Below, piece by piece: positions 39,154 through 51,927 of a stretch of 64,000 nt of DNA. The position numbers and the translations under genes were made by a program. Position 1 is the stretch's first letter. Each line of letters starts with the position of its first letter. Origin of the DNA: Octopus sinensis (taxonomy: Eukaryota); NCBI RefSeq assembly GCF_006345805.1, contig NC_043002.1, positions 46,314,001 through 46,378,000 on the forward strand. The letters are read 5' to 3'. A model generated the notes under the pieces. The model was given only the letters and a program-made list of their open reading frames with translations, was not told the origin of the DNA and searched no databases.

Positions 39154-42100
39154 GTATCAAAGCATGTTAGATGTGAGATTCTATTAAAATTTAAAAGAAT
39201 AATTCTTAGGATTAGTATTGCAGATTTTGGTAAAATTTTCAAAGATTTACTAATCCTAACAGAGAGGTCAATTTAAGATTTAACACTTTCATAAATCTTG
39301 ATAAATTGACCATACATAGTTTCTAAAACATTAAAAGAGAATCAGCCTATTTCGCTCTCAGGCCAAGGAGGGCATTCATCACTTTTAACTATTTTAGTAC
39401 CTATTCCGAATACACATACGAATTAAGGTGCGCAGAACAAGACATATAGCCATGAATGGTGTGTCATCTATTCGACACTTGCACCTCTGATTGTAACGGT
39501 AAAAGCCTCTAAATCTTAATATGACAAAGTAAAAATTATAAAATACCCATGGATTTCAGACTGAAACATTATTTGAGGCAAGTAGCGAAATACAGTGATA
39601 TTTGCATCCATCAAAACCATGGTTCCACAATATATATCGAATATTTACATGAAGCTTCAAATGACACCTGTCAATCATGCTTGCAAATTAGGTTGCTTTA
39701 AGTTTGTTTTTTATTCGTGTTTTTGGATTGACAGAAATGTATCTGGGTCAAAAACTTAACACTTCACTTACAAGAGTAAAATTGCAGACTAGATCAGAAA
39801 TTTAGTAAGAAATTCAAAATATATTAAGGATAATTTACCATTTCCTCTATATTTTGTTAATGAAAAAAAAAGTGAAGTCTTTAAAAGTCTAAATTATTTA
39901 GATGTTTCAAAATATTGATTTTAAAAGTGTAAGACGAGTTACCTATACATTTCAAATCAACAAATAATGGTAAATTTATAGTTTTATAATAAATGATACT
40001 AAGTTTGTCATTAATAAAGCAACACTTAATATTGTAGTTTAACTGAGAATTGAAAGTGCTACTAGAACTTGACTGGTACCTTATACCTTTATCAGTGAAA
40101 GGGCTGTTGTAACATTACACAAATCTTTTGGTCAAGCCCACCAATTTTCTCAAATACGACTGATTATTATTTTTTTTTACGGATATGATTTCAATATCCA
40201 ATGATCATCAATGTAAGCGTTCATTGATTTGCTCAAATTGTGGAATAGACCAACCAAAAATAATGGAATTTTATTTTGATGAGGCTTAGTATTATATACA
40301 CATACATTGGAATAATTGCTTGACAGTAAATATCCATCGAGAGAAAAAAGTTTTCAAATCTATTTTAGGAAGAAAAAAAATCCAGAAACGTAATTTCCAT
40401 TCCACAGAAAACACAGGAACACTTTTTTAAAATATTAAAAACTAACCCTTCCCTTTCACTAGAAGGGTGGCACTTTCGAAGGACAACTTTTGGAATATTT
40501 CAAAATTCCGCCGAAAAACGTCAGATATCGTGAAGGTTCAGGAACGAGGGAATCCAAACAGCAAGTCACACATTCAGCCCTGAATGAGTATACTTTCTGA
40601 CATGTGTGGGTGTTTTATAGCGGAAATAAAACTTTTTCCTCATAAAATCAAAATACACAGCTCCATGAAAGAAATGGAATTTACTGTACCACTTAGTTCG
40701 AAGCGAAAGTATACGTACACCCGGTGGTTAGGGTTTAAGATTAGAGTTTTTGTCACGCCGAAAACGGGTGGTGTACGTATTCTTTACCCCCGCCTTAGTT
40801 CGATCCCTACATAGTATTCTAAGAAGTCTAAATACTGAAGAGCAATGTGTTTAATCAATTAAATTTGAATTGTCCCGAAGTGAAATATTGGAGAAAAATA
40901 CTTTAAGGAATGGTAAATTGGAAAAATAATGTAGATTCTGAATGTTGCTGGTACAATAAAAAAAAATCTAAGACTGCTTTATCTTTATGTTAACAGGTTT
41001 AGAATATATATTTAAAGCCTTAAATATTTTCCAAGAAGAACCAAATCCTAATTCCCACACACACTGTGTGGGTGTCTGGAAGTGTGCAATGCGTGGTAGC
41101 CTACAAATGTATGCAACAAAATTCAATCATTATCTGATCATTTTGACCCGTCAACCCTTAAAGGTTCATCGTTTGAAATTAATGAAAACATCTAACTATA
41201 TTTACTGTATCTATCATGGTCGAAGTGACAGGATCAATAGGGCAGCGGATGAAATATCATGTGGTATACAGTCACTTCTCTTTTCGTCCCGAGTTCCAAA
41301 TCTCATGAAAGATTTGACTTCGTATTTTCATCTTTTCGGGGTCGAAAGTGCTAGGGTGGGAAGGGGGCGATACAATCGACCATGCACTTCCTCCAAAATG
41401 TGATTTCTTGCCCCATGTTAGAAATCACTAAGAATTTTACTTCTATGACCAGCTAGTGTGTCAATATTATCGAGTTTTCCATTTCCTCAATACCAATCCA
41501 AAGACCCCTACAGACAAGTGATGTTAAAAAAATTCATCACAAAATAAGGACAGCTGTAATTTTATTTATCTAAAATACCAGATAATAATCAAAAACCATG
41601 ATATATGTAAATGTATACTTGAACATATAAGGGTTGTCATTTTCCTTAATTTAGGTCCAAGTTTTTTATCAAAAACTTAAGGACTACCAAATAGACGTCA
41701 TCCGTGAGCTTAGTTCAATGTTGACTACCATCCCACATTAGAAAAAATACCCACTCATTTGACACTCATCTTTGAAGTAAAGGAAGGTTGACGATTTAGA
41801 TAGCGGGAAAGAATATATAACATATATAAAAAGTTATAGGGTATTAGTAAAACAAAAAAATCTGCTGAGTAGAAATACTTATTTGAGCATGTAAAATAAC
41901 ACAGAAATACATATAAAATTATCATACATAAATATGTAAAGTTATGATAGACAAAGCAGAACAGTGTCAATTAACAAGAGAAAATGAGAAAACAGTTTAG
42001 GGTACAAGATCGAAAGTTAGTTTGTGAAAAAATTAATGAAATAGAATTGGTTTAAGCTCAGTATTAGTTCATCAATTTTCAAAAGAATAAAGAAAAAATT

Positions 42101-42826
42101 CAGAAAACTCTTGTTTCAGGCAATATAAACAAGATTCATGAAAGAGGGAAAAAACTTCAAACGAGAGTTTCAGATTCAAAACTGGAGGAAGGACCAAGCG
42201 GGAAAATAGTCCTAATTGAAAACGGGTTTTCAACACAACAGTTGTTCTTCAATATACAAGACAAAATAAAACTATCCTATTACATAATTAAAAAAAAAAC
42301 TAGTTGTCCAGTTTTAAATTGTTGATTGCGATGAAACATGAAAGCAAGAGGCATGTTCCATCGAAAGGTCAAATGCACAGATATAGTGAATATATAAGCA
42401 AAACCTTTTCTGTGTAACTATATACATATATATATATATAATTGTAGACAAGGTTGGATTGCTCTATACACGACCAAAACAAGAATATGTATTTTATAGA
42501 ATGAACATTATATTCATTTTGTTCGTACGGAACTTGTTATACCTCACTTCTTGGTGGAAGCGAGATATTGAACAATTTTCAAGTTGATTTTAGACTCTTG
42601 ATTCAACGTCGAAGCAATTAATATGTGAAATTAAACGTAATATAAAAGAAAGATTCAGTATAGTTGATTACAACAAATAGGGGATAGAAGGGAAATCGAA
42701 TTAGAATAGAAATAGGAATGATGAAATTAATTACAAATCATTGAAATCGAAGGCAAAATAATTCGGAAGGAAAATTAACCGCAGAATTTTAAATGGTAAA
42801 AGGAAGAGAAATTAGTTACAACTTAC

Positions 42827-43200
42827 CAGTTTAAACATCAAATATATGTGGTGGGATTCTTTTATCATAAAAGCGATATTTCTTTCATCGAACAATAGGT
42901 TGTTTCAAACGACATCTCTTGATGAAAAATTTTAATCTAGACGAAGACATGGTCCATATAGATATAAATAGTACAAGATAGTGCCGCCTGAAAATACGTC
43001 AACCAGTCCAGCCGCAGTCCTAGGCTTCAACTAACTTGATATGAAATACGAGCACCAAATCCTAGCGATTCGGTCGCTTCCGTACATATTCGTCACACGT
43101 AGTTCGCTCATCTCCGTACGTATATCATCGGTAAAGTCCGGTACATTCATCATCAGCATTTCCGGTGTAGTTCTATCATAGCTTGATCATGTGCTCCCGT
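42827..43200 (-). promoter_or_regulatory. CpG-rich islet ending in a consensus splice donor; candidate non-coding first exon
   Basis: About 20 CpGs in 42960-43200 and CTG|GTAAGT at 42827/42826; no long ORF. Confidence 0.4.
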
Positions 43201-45079
43201 TTTATATTATCCTAGTCTATTACTATATATATTATACACATATAAAATATACATTTACGCGTGTATATAACATAGACTATTTTCGTGTAGTTTACTTTAT
43301 ATTATGTATATTATAATTAACGGTCACCTACATCGAATTCTAGAGAAAATATTTTCTGAATTATAATGCTCTCTCCTGATATATGTTATATAAGTTGTGT
43401 GTGTGTATATATACATATACTATTTAATGTACATAGTATAAAAATACGAGCTGCTTATAGTTCTTGCTTTGGAGACGCGGATCTAGGCAGGTTTTTATAA
43501 CGCCTTGTGTCTTCAAGCAATCTTCAGGATATCTATTTCCCTCTATCACACACACTGATTGATACGCGAAGGTGTCCAAAAGTTTTGAGTCCAGCAAATG
43601 AAAATAAGAAAATACTTTTATTTTCATTTCATAGTCAAACTTTCAATGTTAGAACAACCCCTAAGATATACACAAACATATATGAGAATATTCTTGTAAG
43701 TAACTGAAATTCATGTGAGAAATGATGAGTAATTCTAAGACAAAAAATATTTTCACGTGAATCACTTAAGACAGTATCAAAAACTTTCATTTTATTCGTG
43801 TCAATAATATTTTCTTTTCTTCGTGGTAAGAATATAACGACTAACGTGTTCAAAAAAAATTTCCTGTTAACTGACCAAAAAATAAAAAAAAAATCCTAAT
43901 ACAGAATTAGTGCGCTATCACCCTTATTACTTCCCTTGAACTGTCCTCTCGTGAAGTTATTCAGACTGGTCATGCACTAGGCATGTGTTTTTATGTTTTA
44001 TGTGTGCATTTGCCCTGTACTAGTTATTTTTATATATACGTAGATATTTATTTCAAATATCAGATACATGTAACCCCATATGTATATATACATACATATA
44101 ACTATGATATGTGTGTGTGTGTCATGTATATCACTGCGAAATTAAACACTGAGGCTTTTTTTTTATTGATTCTGTTATGGTTACCCATACATTCATAAGT
44201 ATTGAGCAGCTATTAAGAATAGAATTCAAACCGTTTCATGAAATCATTTCAGCTCAGAATATTGGTAAAGTGTTTATTTAGGTCTGATATCTTACACATT
44301 AAAATGTTTGAAGAAATGTTAACATTTTCAATTTTTTCATTTACAATTTAACATCAAATGCACAAAACAACTAGAGCAGTGAAGTGGATTTTTTTTTACA
44401 TTTTGGTAACCACACTCTGTTCATTGTATTTCATAAAATTTATATTGTAAATACTTAGCGATAAAATCGAAAAAGAACAAAATAATCTAATTCGGAAAAG
44501 AAAAATAACAATATTCTAATTGGACGTGTTAAATACATCCGACTTCACTTCGTATTGCCTCTTTAAATATTTTACCCACTGACTGAGTAGTCTCTACCAG
44601 ATCACTCGTCCTGCTAGAAACAACCGCCAAATTTCCCTTAAATATCAACACCTAGCAGTCTTAGAAAATGACGCTCATGTAACTGTAGGTTCTGCAGTCA
44701 TAAAAAAAAAATAGGATGGTCACGGCTGGAATTACTTAGATCATGGGCCTGCTCAATCAAAGCTAAACAACGAGCTGTATAGGTATATATATATATATAT
44801 GCATGTGTGATTCTCTGGATATTTTACATATGTAAGTAAGAAAATGGATCTGTTGATTGCGCGTTGAAACAATTCATTTAAGATTCGTTAAAATCAAAAT
44901 AAATAAATATATATATATGCGTATACGTATAAGCATGTTTATTAGGGAATAGATAGATATACACACATACATATATATGTGTGTGTGTGTGTGTGTATTC
45001 AATGACTGATTCATAAACGTGTATTGAATATGAGAGCGGATGAGCTGTATTACTTCTCTGGGTACCACTGTACTTGAAA

Positions 45080-45450
45080 TCAAAAAATCTTTCCCCCCGA
45101 GCTCTCTCTTTCTTTCTAACAGTCTGTATATCTCTCCGTCTCTTCCTTCACCGTCTCATTTTCTCACACACTCTCTCGCCTCTCCCAATTTTCCCTCACA
45201 CATTCTCTCCCTTGTACACACACTTTTTCCACTTATTCTCTGTCCCTCTCCCTCCATCTCACTCGTTCTCATTCTTTCTCCCCTCTCATACACCCTCGCT
45301 CTAATTCTCTCTTTCTCCTCTTCCCTCGTACACTCTTTTCCTCTCTCCCTCATAAGCTCTCTTTCTAATTCTTTCTTCCCTCCTCCCATTCTCTCGCCTC
45401 TTCCTGTTACCCCTTCGCACACACTCTCTTTCACCATCTCTGTGTCATTA
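45080..45450. repeat. Pyrimidine-rich degenerate (CT)n tract
   Basis: Direct reading; source of the low-complexity ORFs 45040-45480. Confidence 0.85.
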
Positions 45451-46656
45451 CACGTTCTATACAAAAAATTTTACGTATGACAAAATTTGATATTTCTATA
45501 TATGCACATAAACACAGTTGCACGTGTAGCTTATGCAGACGTCTGTTTGTGTTATACATGTTTCAATTAACCGGTTTGTGTGTATGTTTATATGCTTGCT
45601 TATATGTTTAAAAGTATAAAGTTATTCAATCATACTCATTTATGCATATGATTGAATGACTATATATATAATGTACGTGTATAAATGTATGTATATGCTT
45701 ATATGTATTATATTTACATATATATATTTATCATGAGCATGATACATAAGATACATTTCGAGAAAATTAATCCAGTGTGTATGAATGGGGGAGGAGGATA
45801 TCAAATAACTTTATTTTCATGCATTCTGTCTCTTTCTCTCTCTCTCTCTCTCTCTCACTATGTTTCTCTGTCTCTCCTTCCTGTTTCTGGAAAAAAATTA
45901 ATGATAGAAAGACGGAAAAAGTTATTGTGAGCAAGAGAGCAGTAAACGTTGATAGTCTAGTAAATCCGGGCTAGGCCACTCTGTACCGATATTACGTCAT
46001 ACTACCCGGTTTCGACTATATCCTCACGACCCGGTCATGTGTTCTCTCGAGTGGTAGTAGAAAATAATTTTTAATGTTTTTTAAAAATTGTCATAGTTAC
46101 AGGGTTTTTTTTTCTTCAGTCCTTAGAATTTATATAATTTTATATCGCGTATAAGCTACACATATAAAGTGTGATAAGTAGGAAATATTTTAAATTATTA
46201 AATAAAGTTAATTTTTCTAATTATTACTTATGTGAAAAACCTCAAGGAAAATTCATTTAGTGAAATCGGTTGTAATAATGTTGGTACCTTTAATTTTTTT
46301 CTTATATTCTTAAATATCAAACATCAATACTAAATAATTCTTACACACGCGCATGCATGTATGCGAACATACATATATATGTACGTATATTTGCAAATCA
46401 TATACACACACGTACAAATCGACATCATCGGTTCTATATACACTTTTACATGGTGGCTGGTGTTGGACAGGACCTTTTGAGGCAGTGCTATATAGCTGCC
46501 TTCGCTTCCTGATGCCAACCCTTGTAACTTGTCACGAGATGCAGGGATAAGGTGTAACTGCTAAAAAGCAGGTTGTAGTACTCTCTCTCTCTCTCTCTCC
46601 CTTTATCTCTCTCCCCTGTCTATTTGTCTACCTATCTATCCATCAGCATGTATGCA

Positions 46657-46714
<58 letters not shown>

Positions 46715-47348
46715 GAATTTACAAAAAACACAAAAGACGAAGACGGGTGTGTAAACAACAAACAGATGTATTAGTTAATTGCTCGGGAAGTGAGAAAGTC
46801 TTTTACGTTTCGAGCCTAGGCATGGCTGTGTGGTTAAGGAGTTTGCTTCCCCGCCATATGGCTTTTGGTTCAGTCCCACTGCATAGCAACTGTCTCCTAC
46901 TCTAGTCCTGGACGGGGCAAAACTTTGCGAGTGGTAACTGAAAGAAGTCAGTCTTGTGTATATGTATATAAGTATGTTTGTGTGTTGTGTTTTATGATCA
47001 TGTGATAATTGTGATCTATCAAACCCACTGATGGTGCTCATTTTTGGCTACCATGCTGTATTACATTTTGTACACGAACATAATACAATCTGATCTTCAC
47101 TCGGAGAGTGTATCTTTTGCTGTCAGTAGAAGAAATACCTCCTTGAACTTTTGACATCTTTTTATGACTCTTGGTAAAATATGGTGGAGAACTGGAAGAA
47201 TCATTAGCATGCTGGACAAAATGCTTAATGGCATTTCATCCATCTTTACATTCTGAGTTCAAATTCCACCAAGGTTCAATGAAATGTCATATGAATGAGA
47301 AAGAAGTACAATAATAATAATAATAATCTTTGCTAAAGTAAGGTGGTG

Positions 47349-47606
47349 TAGAGACGCGTGGCTTAGTGGTTAGGGTGTCAGCACCATGATTGTAAGATTG
47401 TGGTTTCGATTCCTGAACCAGGTGACACGTGTTCTTGAACAAAACACATCATTTCATGTTGCTCCAGTCCACTCAGCTGGCAAAAATGATAAACGCTGCG
47501 ATGGACTGGCGTCCTGTCCAGCTGGAGAACACATACGCCATAGAAACCAGGAAACCGGGCCCATGAGCCTGGCTAGGCTTTAAAAGGGTGCATTTATTTT
47601 ATTTTT
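47349..47606 (+). mobile_element. tRNA-derived SINE, third family, with 15-bp TSD
   Basis: Head TGGCTTAGTGGTTAGG...GGTTTCGATTCC, central GCGATGGACTGGCGTCCTGTCCAG; TSD TAAAGTAAGGTGGTG at 47334-47348 and 47607-47621. Confidence 0.85.
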
Positions 47607-47855
47607 TAAAGTAAGGTGGTGAGCTGGCAGAACCATTAGCATGTCAGAGAAAATGCTAAAGACAGAATGTAAAGATGGACAAAATCCATCTTTACATTCT
47701 GAGTGTCAATTTTTCCAAGGTTGAGTATGCCTATCATCTTCTTGTGCTCAATAAAATAAGTACCAGTCAAGTACTGGGGTCAATGTAATTGGCTTCCCCC
47801 TCCCCTCAAAAACTGCTGGCCCTGTGCCAGAATTTGTAACCATTATTACTCTAAA
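47607..47855 (+). mobile_element. Second-family SINE (target of the preceding insertion)
   Basis: GGTGGTGAGCTGGCAGAA...ACATTCTGAG...AATAAAATAAGTACCAGTCAAGTACTGGGGTC. Confidence 0.75.
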
Positions 47856-48299
47856 ATACTTTGAAACATCCTCCTTCACTCCTAAGATATTCACTTAGTA
47901 AATAGAAGCTATCAGCTACTTCTCCAGAGCCCTCCAGGCTTTTAAGAAAAATATTTTTTATGGTTGCTCTTACTCCTTGTTACTCCTATATGCACCTACT
48001 AGCTACAGAGCTCTTTTCTTTCAGCCTGCTTGTAACATTATTGCATCACTGGGTTCATGGATAGTTACCACTGGGTACATAGTATGATATGCTCACCTAC
48101 TCTTTTTCTATGTAACAAGCATCATTACTTATTAAATGGCAGTTGAGTCGTGCCTTCTTTCCTGTTTGTGAGAATTTCTTTATTACCCTTCAATACAATG
48201 TTTTGCTTCTACATTCAGCATTTCTTCTCTAATTCTTCAGTAGATTCAACCATCAGTCAGCTCATACCAACATGAAAATGTTCTTGTGAAAATAATATT

Positions 48300-48555
48300 A
48301 ATGATGATAATGATATATAAGCAGTGGTACCAGTGTCATGTAAAAGCACCCATGCCAGTACTGCATAAAAGCACACATGCCAGTGCCACCTAAGAGCACT
48401 GAGTACACCCTGTAAAATGACTGGTACTAGGAAGGGCATCCAACCATAGAAGCCATTCAAAAACAGACAATTGTAGCCCAGGCAGCTGGTCAGCTCCTGT
48501 CAAACCACCCAACCCATGCCATCATGGAGAACAGACATTAAAAGATGATGATGAT
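48300..48555 (+). mobile_element. Decayed RTE-type 3' tail element
   Basis: AGGAAGGGCATCC...AACCCATGCCATCATGGAGAACAGACATTAAAAGATGATGATG. Confidence 0.65.
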
Positions 48556-48694
48556 GGTGTGTATGTATAACTGCAAAGAACCCAGTTAGGTCAAGTAATG
48601 GTAAGAGTTTAATGTGATTATCAATAAGATCCAAAATCTGAATGGTGTAAGTGTTACACACTGAGTGCATCCATTCCCACTTTGTATATATGTG

Positions 48695-49057
48695 AATGGC
48701 TGTTGGTAAGTAGCTTGCTTACCAACCACATGAAGGCAAGTGTCTTCTATTATAGCCTCGGGCCGACCAAAGCCTTGTGAGTGGATTTGGTAGATGGAAA
48801 CTGAAAGAAGCCCGTCGTATATACATATGTATGTGTGTGTATATGTTTATGTGTCTGTGTTTGTCCCCCAACATCACTTGACAACCAATGCTGGTGTGTT
48901 TACATCCCCATAACTTAGCGGTTTGGCAAAAGGGAGTGATAGAATAAGTACTAGGCTTACAAAAAATAAGTCCTGGGGTTAATTTGCTTGACTAAAGGCA
49001 GTGCTCCAGCATGGCCACAGTCAATTGACTGAAACAAGTAAAAGAGAGAGTAAAGAG

Positions 49058-49065
<8 letters not shown>
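48695..49065 (+). mobile_element. Near full-length SINE of the 8239 family
   Basis: Head, body, central (TA/TG)n and tail all recognisable. Confidence 0.85.
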
Positions 49066-49088
<23 letters not shown>

Positions 49089-49632
49089 TGTGGAGGAACC
49101 TGTGGAAGGGGTAGACCCAGGAAGATGTGGGCCAAAGTGGTAAGAAAGGATCTCAACGAGGAAATGACAAGGGACTGGGACTTGTAGTCACTTGCTGTAC
49201 TTGAGAAAACATGCCAAGCCAAGTAAACTGCAGCCATACTTATGGCCATGATCCCACCCACTCTCCCAGCTGAGAGCTCTTTGTCTTCCAGGTGCTGGTA
49301 CTACATTGGGCTTCACAGAGGCAATGACGAAAGACCGAGACCTCTGGAGATATGCTGTGGCTGCGAAGACCTGACAAATAACGTGAGTTCATGGCTGTTT
49401 CCTGCACCAGCTTCACATAACAGCCCCAGCCCATCCAAAGTACCTTGGATTGCAGGAAGGTCTGCTGTACTTACCTCGGATCATAGGGTGACCTGCTGTG
49501 CTTGAGGAGACCTATTGAGTCAAGTACATCAAAATAAAAATCAAATGGAAATTGTAGTTGTGATACCCATGCAAGTTGTACACAAAAAGCACCATCGGAA
49601 CGTGGCTAATGCCAGTGCCGCCTTGACTGGCT

Positions 49633-50391
49633 TCCATGTGGGAAGATGACTGGAGGCATAACATTGCCATCACTAGTGATCACTCCAAACAACATGATGT
49701 TGGCTGGATGTTTGAGTTTTAGTACTCCCAGTACATGTTTTTGGAACACGGCAAGCCAATGGTTGTTCTGAACACCATCTGATTCTGGCTGAAACTTTTC
49801 TCATCTGAGAAAAACCAAAGCACGTTCAGTTGGAGGGGATGCTTGAGTTTGTTCAAAAGCTTTATAGTGCAGTCTTACCTATTGTCCTGGATGGCTTGGG
49901 ATAAAAAATTAGCCCTTTCTCATCTTGTATGAGCAATACTAAATGTCTTCATGCAGTACTTGCCTGATAAGTAACTCAGACACTGCCACGTCCCTGGCAA
50001 AAGACTTAATTGACTTGGAGGAATTGTTGTCAGCCATGGCCTGGATCGCACCAACAAATTCAGTTCTTTTCTTATCAAAACAGTCAGAGTGAGTTTTTTG
50101 AGCTGCAGTACCTTCATAATCACCGTTTGATTCATCCAACTCTTTCTGAATCCTCTGCACTGTCCTCAGATTGACTCTGAAATATTCGTACTGGAGCTTC
50201 TAGCGTGAATGCCAAGCAGTAAAGCGTGTTATTTTCAAATTTCTGGTAGAGTGAATTATGTCATGGTACTGTTTTTCTCACAGATGGTACCCAACTGATG
50301 CTACTATACTGTGTAGTCAACAAAATAAACAAAGAATGTGCATGTGCAAAATTAAAAATATAAAATGGTGACAATTTATCCATTGCACCTG
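49633..50391 (-). mobile_element. 5' fragment of the same Tc1/mariner (maT) family as 59571
   Basis: TIR-like CAGGTGCAATGGATAAATTGTC and peptide MQRIQKELDESNGDYEG...QVLHEDI, matching the 59571 copy. Confidence 0.9.
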
Positions 50392-50400
50392 GTGTGTGTG

Positions 50401-50440
<40 letters not shown>

Positions 50441-50619
50441 ATCCCTTGTGTTATAGAAGTAATGTATTCTAAAAAATCTATCAAATCAAGTTTCCCAATG
50501 ATTTTCATATTATAAAGTAAGATGTGTTTCAGTGCAAATTTTTGGAAAAAAAAAACAACAGCAACAAAAAAAGAGAAACAAGCAACAAATCCCTTTTGTG
50601 CACACAAGTAACAATTCCT

Positions 50620-51927
50620 ACATTATATACACATATCACCTTCTATGACTTCTTCAAACCCTACATCATTTGTAAGTGTCATGATATCTTTCCAAATTTG
50701 ATGTAGATGCTCTGCTTCTGGAAAACTTGTAAAGTCATGGATAGTCTGGCCATATACTTTTTCAAGCACCACTTAAAGTTGAAGGTTTCATTTCATCCCA
50801 TGACTTAGCTATGTTATCTACAACATCCATTATGGTGGACTTCACCCAGAATTTTCTAACTGTAGGTTTATCCTGTCAATTGTCTTCATAAATTGTTTAA
50901 ATTTTCTGTGATATCTTAGCTATCACATCTTGATCCATTAGCTGGAGCAAAGAAGTTGTATTCTTGGAGATATTTTCTACTCTCATGTTATCAGAAAGTT
51001 CATTTAAGTTCACTGGGTTGTTTCATGCATTGTCTAAAGGATCACTGCTTTGTTGGAAATATTATGTCTGACACTCCATCATTTAATACTGAAGCAAAAA
51101 TCGTTTGTAAACCACTCTTTGAAAAGGCTCTTAGTCATTCATGCTTTCTTATTTCAATGTCAAATCAAAAGTAGATTAAACTTTGCATAACCCTTAAAAG
51201 GCTTTGGATTTTCAGAATTTTAATTTCATATTATCAGCATTTCCTCACAGAAGAAACATCAGACAATTTTTAGAAGCTTTAAATCCTAGAGTTGATTTTT
51301 TTTTCTCTCTCTCTAGAAATGAAACTGCTAGCAGTCCTGCACTCTTTCAGATAAATACACTTTCAACATTGTTCACTTGCTCTGGTGTGTAACCACACTT
51401 TGGCATTCATTTTCTTCAGTTGCTTGAGATGATTAGAAATAACCTCTGTATCATCACTGGCAGCTTATCAGTCATGTTGTGTAAATTAAAGTGCTTCTTA
51501 AACCTTTTAAACCAGCCCTTACAAGCTAGAAAAGGTCTTACATTAGAAGTTTCATCTTCTTTCTACAAATAGTCATACAAACTTTTGGCTTTTTTAAAAA
51601 TTATTATCATGTTTATTGGCATTATTACATTGATTTTGATCCTTGGTCTACACTCTCAAAAGCATTTTAAGCATCACATGAGATCTATGAAAAAAATAAA
51701 TTTCAAGCAGTTAATAAAGTAGCTTCTTGAGCATTCTCTCTATTATCATATATTGTCCCGACAATAAACATTATAAGCTTTAATGCTTTGGAAAAGTGGC
51801 TGATTTTTTTTTCTTTTGCATCAATCTTTTTAAAACAACAAATCTAATATCCAATGTAATCAATCCCTTTATTGTTCCTTTTCACACTACTGCCTTCAAT
51901 TCTACTTGGTGGCTTCTTTCCTGACAT
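50620..51927 (-). mobile_element. Decayed pogo/Tigger-like transposase
   Basis: MSGKKPPS start; ACKGWFKRFKKHFNLHN; LLQLMDQDVIA; FWVKSTIMDVVDNIAKSWDEMKPSTL. Multiple stops. Confidence 0.8.

Noticed and set aside
42068-42320. About 84-codon Met-less open frame
   Set aside because: A-rich, no homology recognised, no convincing donor.
43205-43235. CTAG|TCTATTACTATATA resembling a Helitron junction
   Set aside because: No GC-rich subterminal hairpin and no similarity to the Helitron 5' ends at 7843 and 9504.
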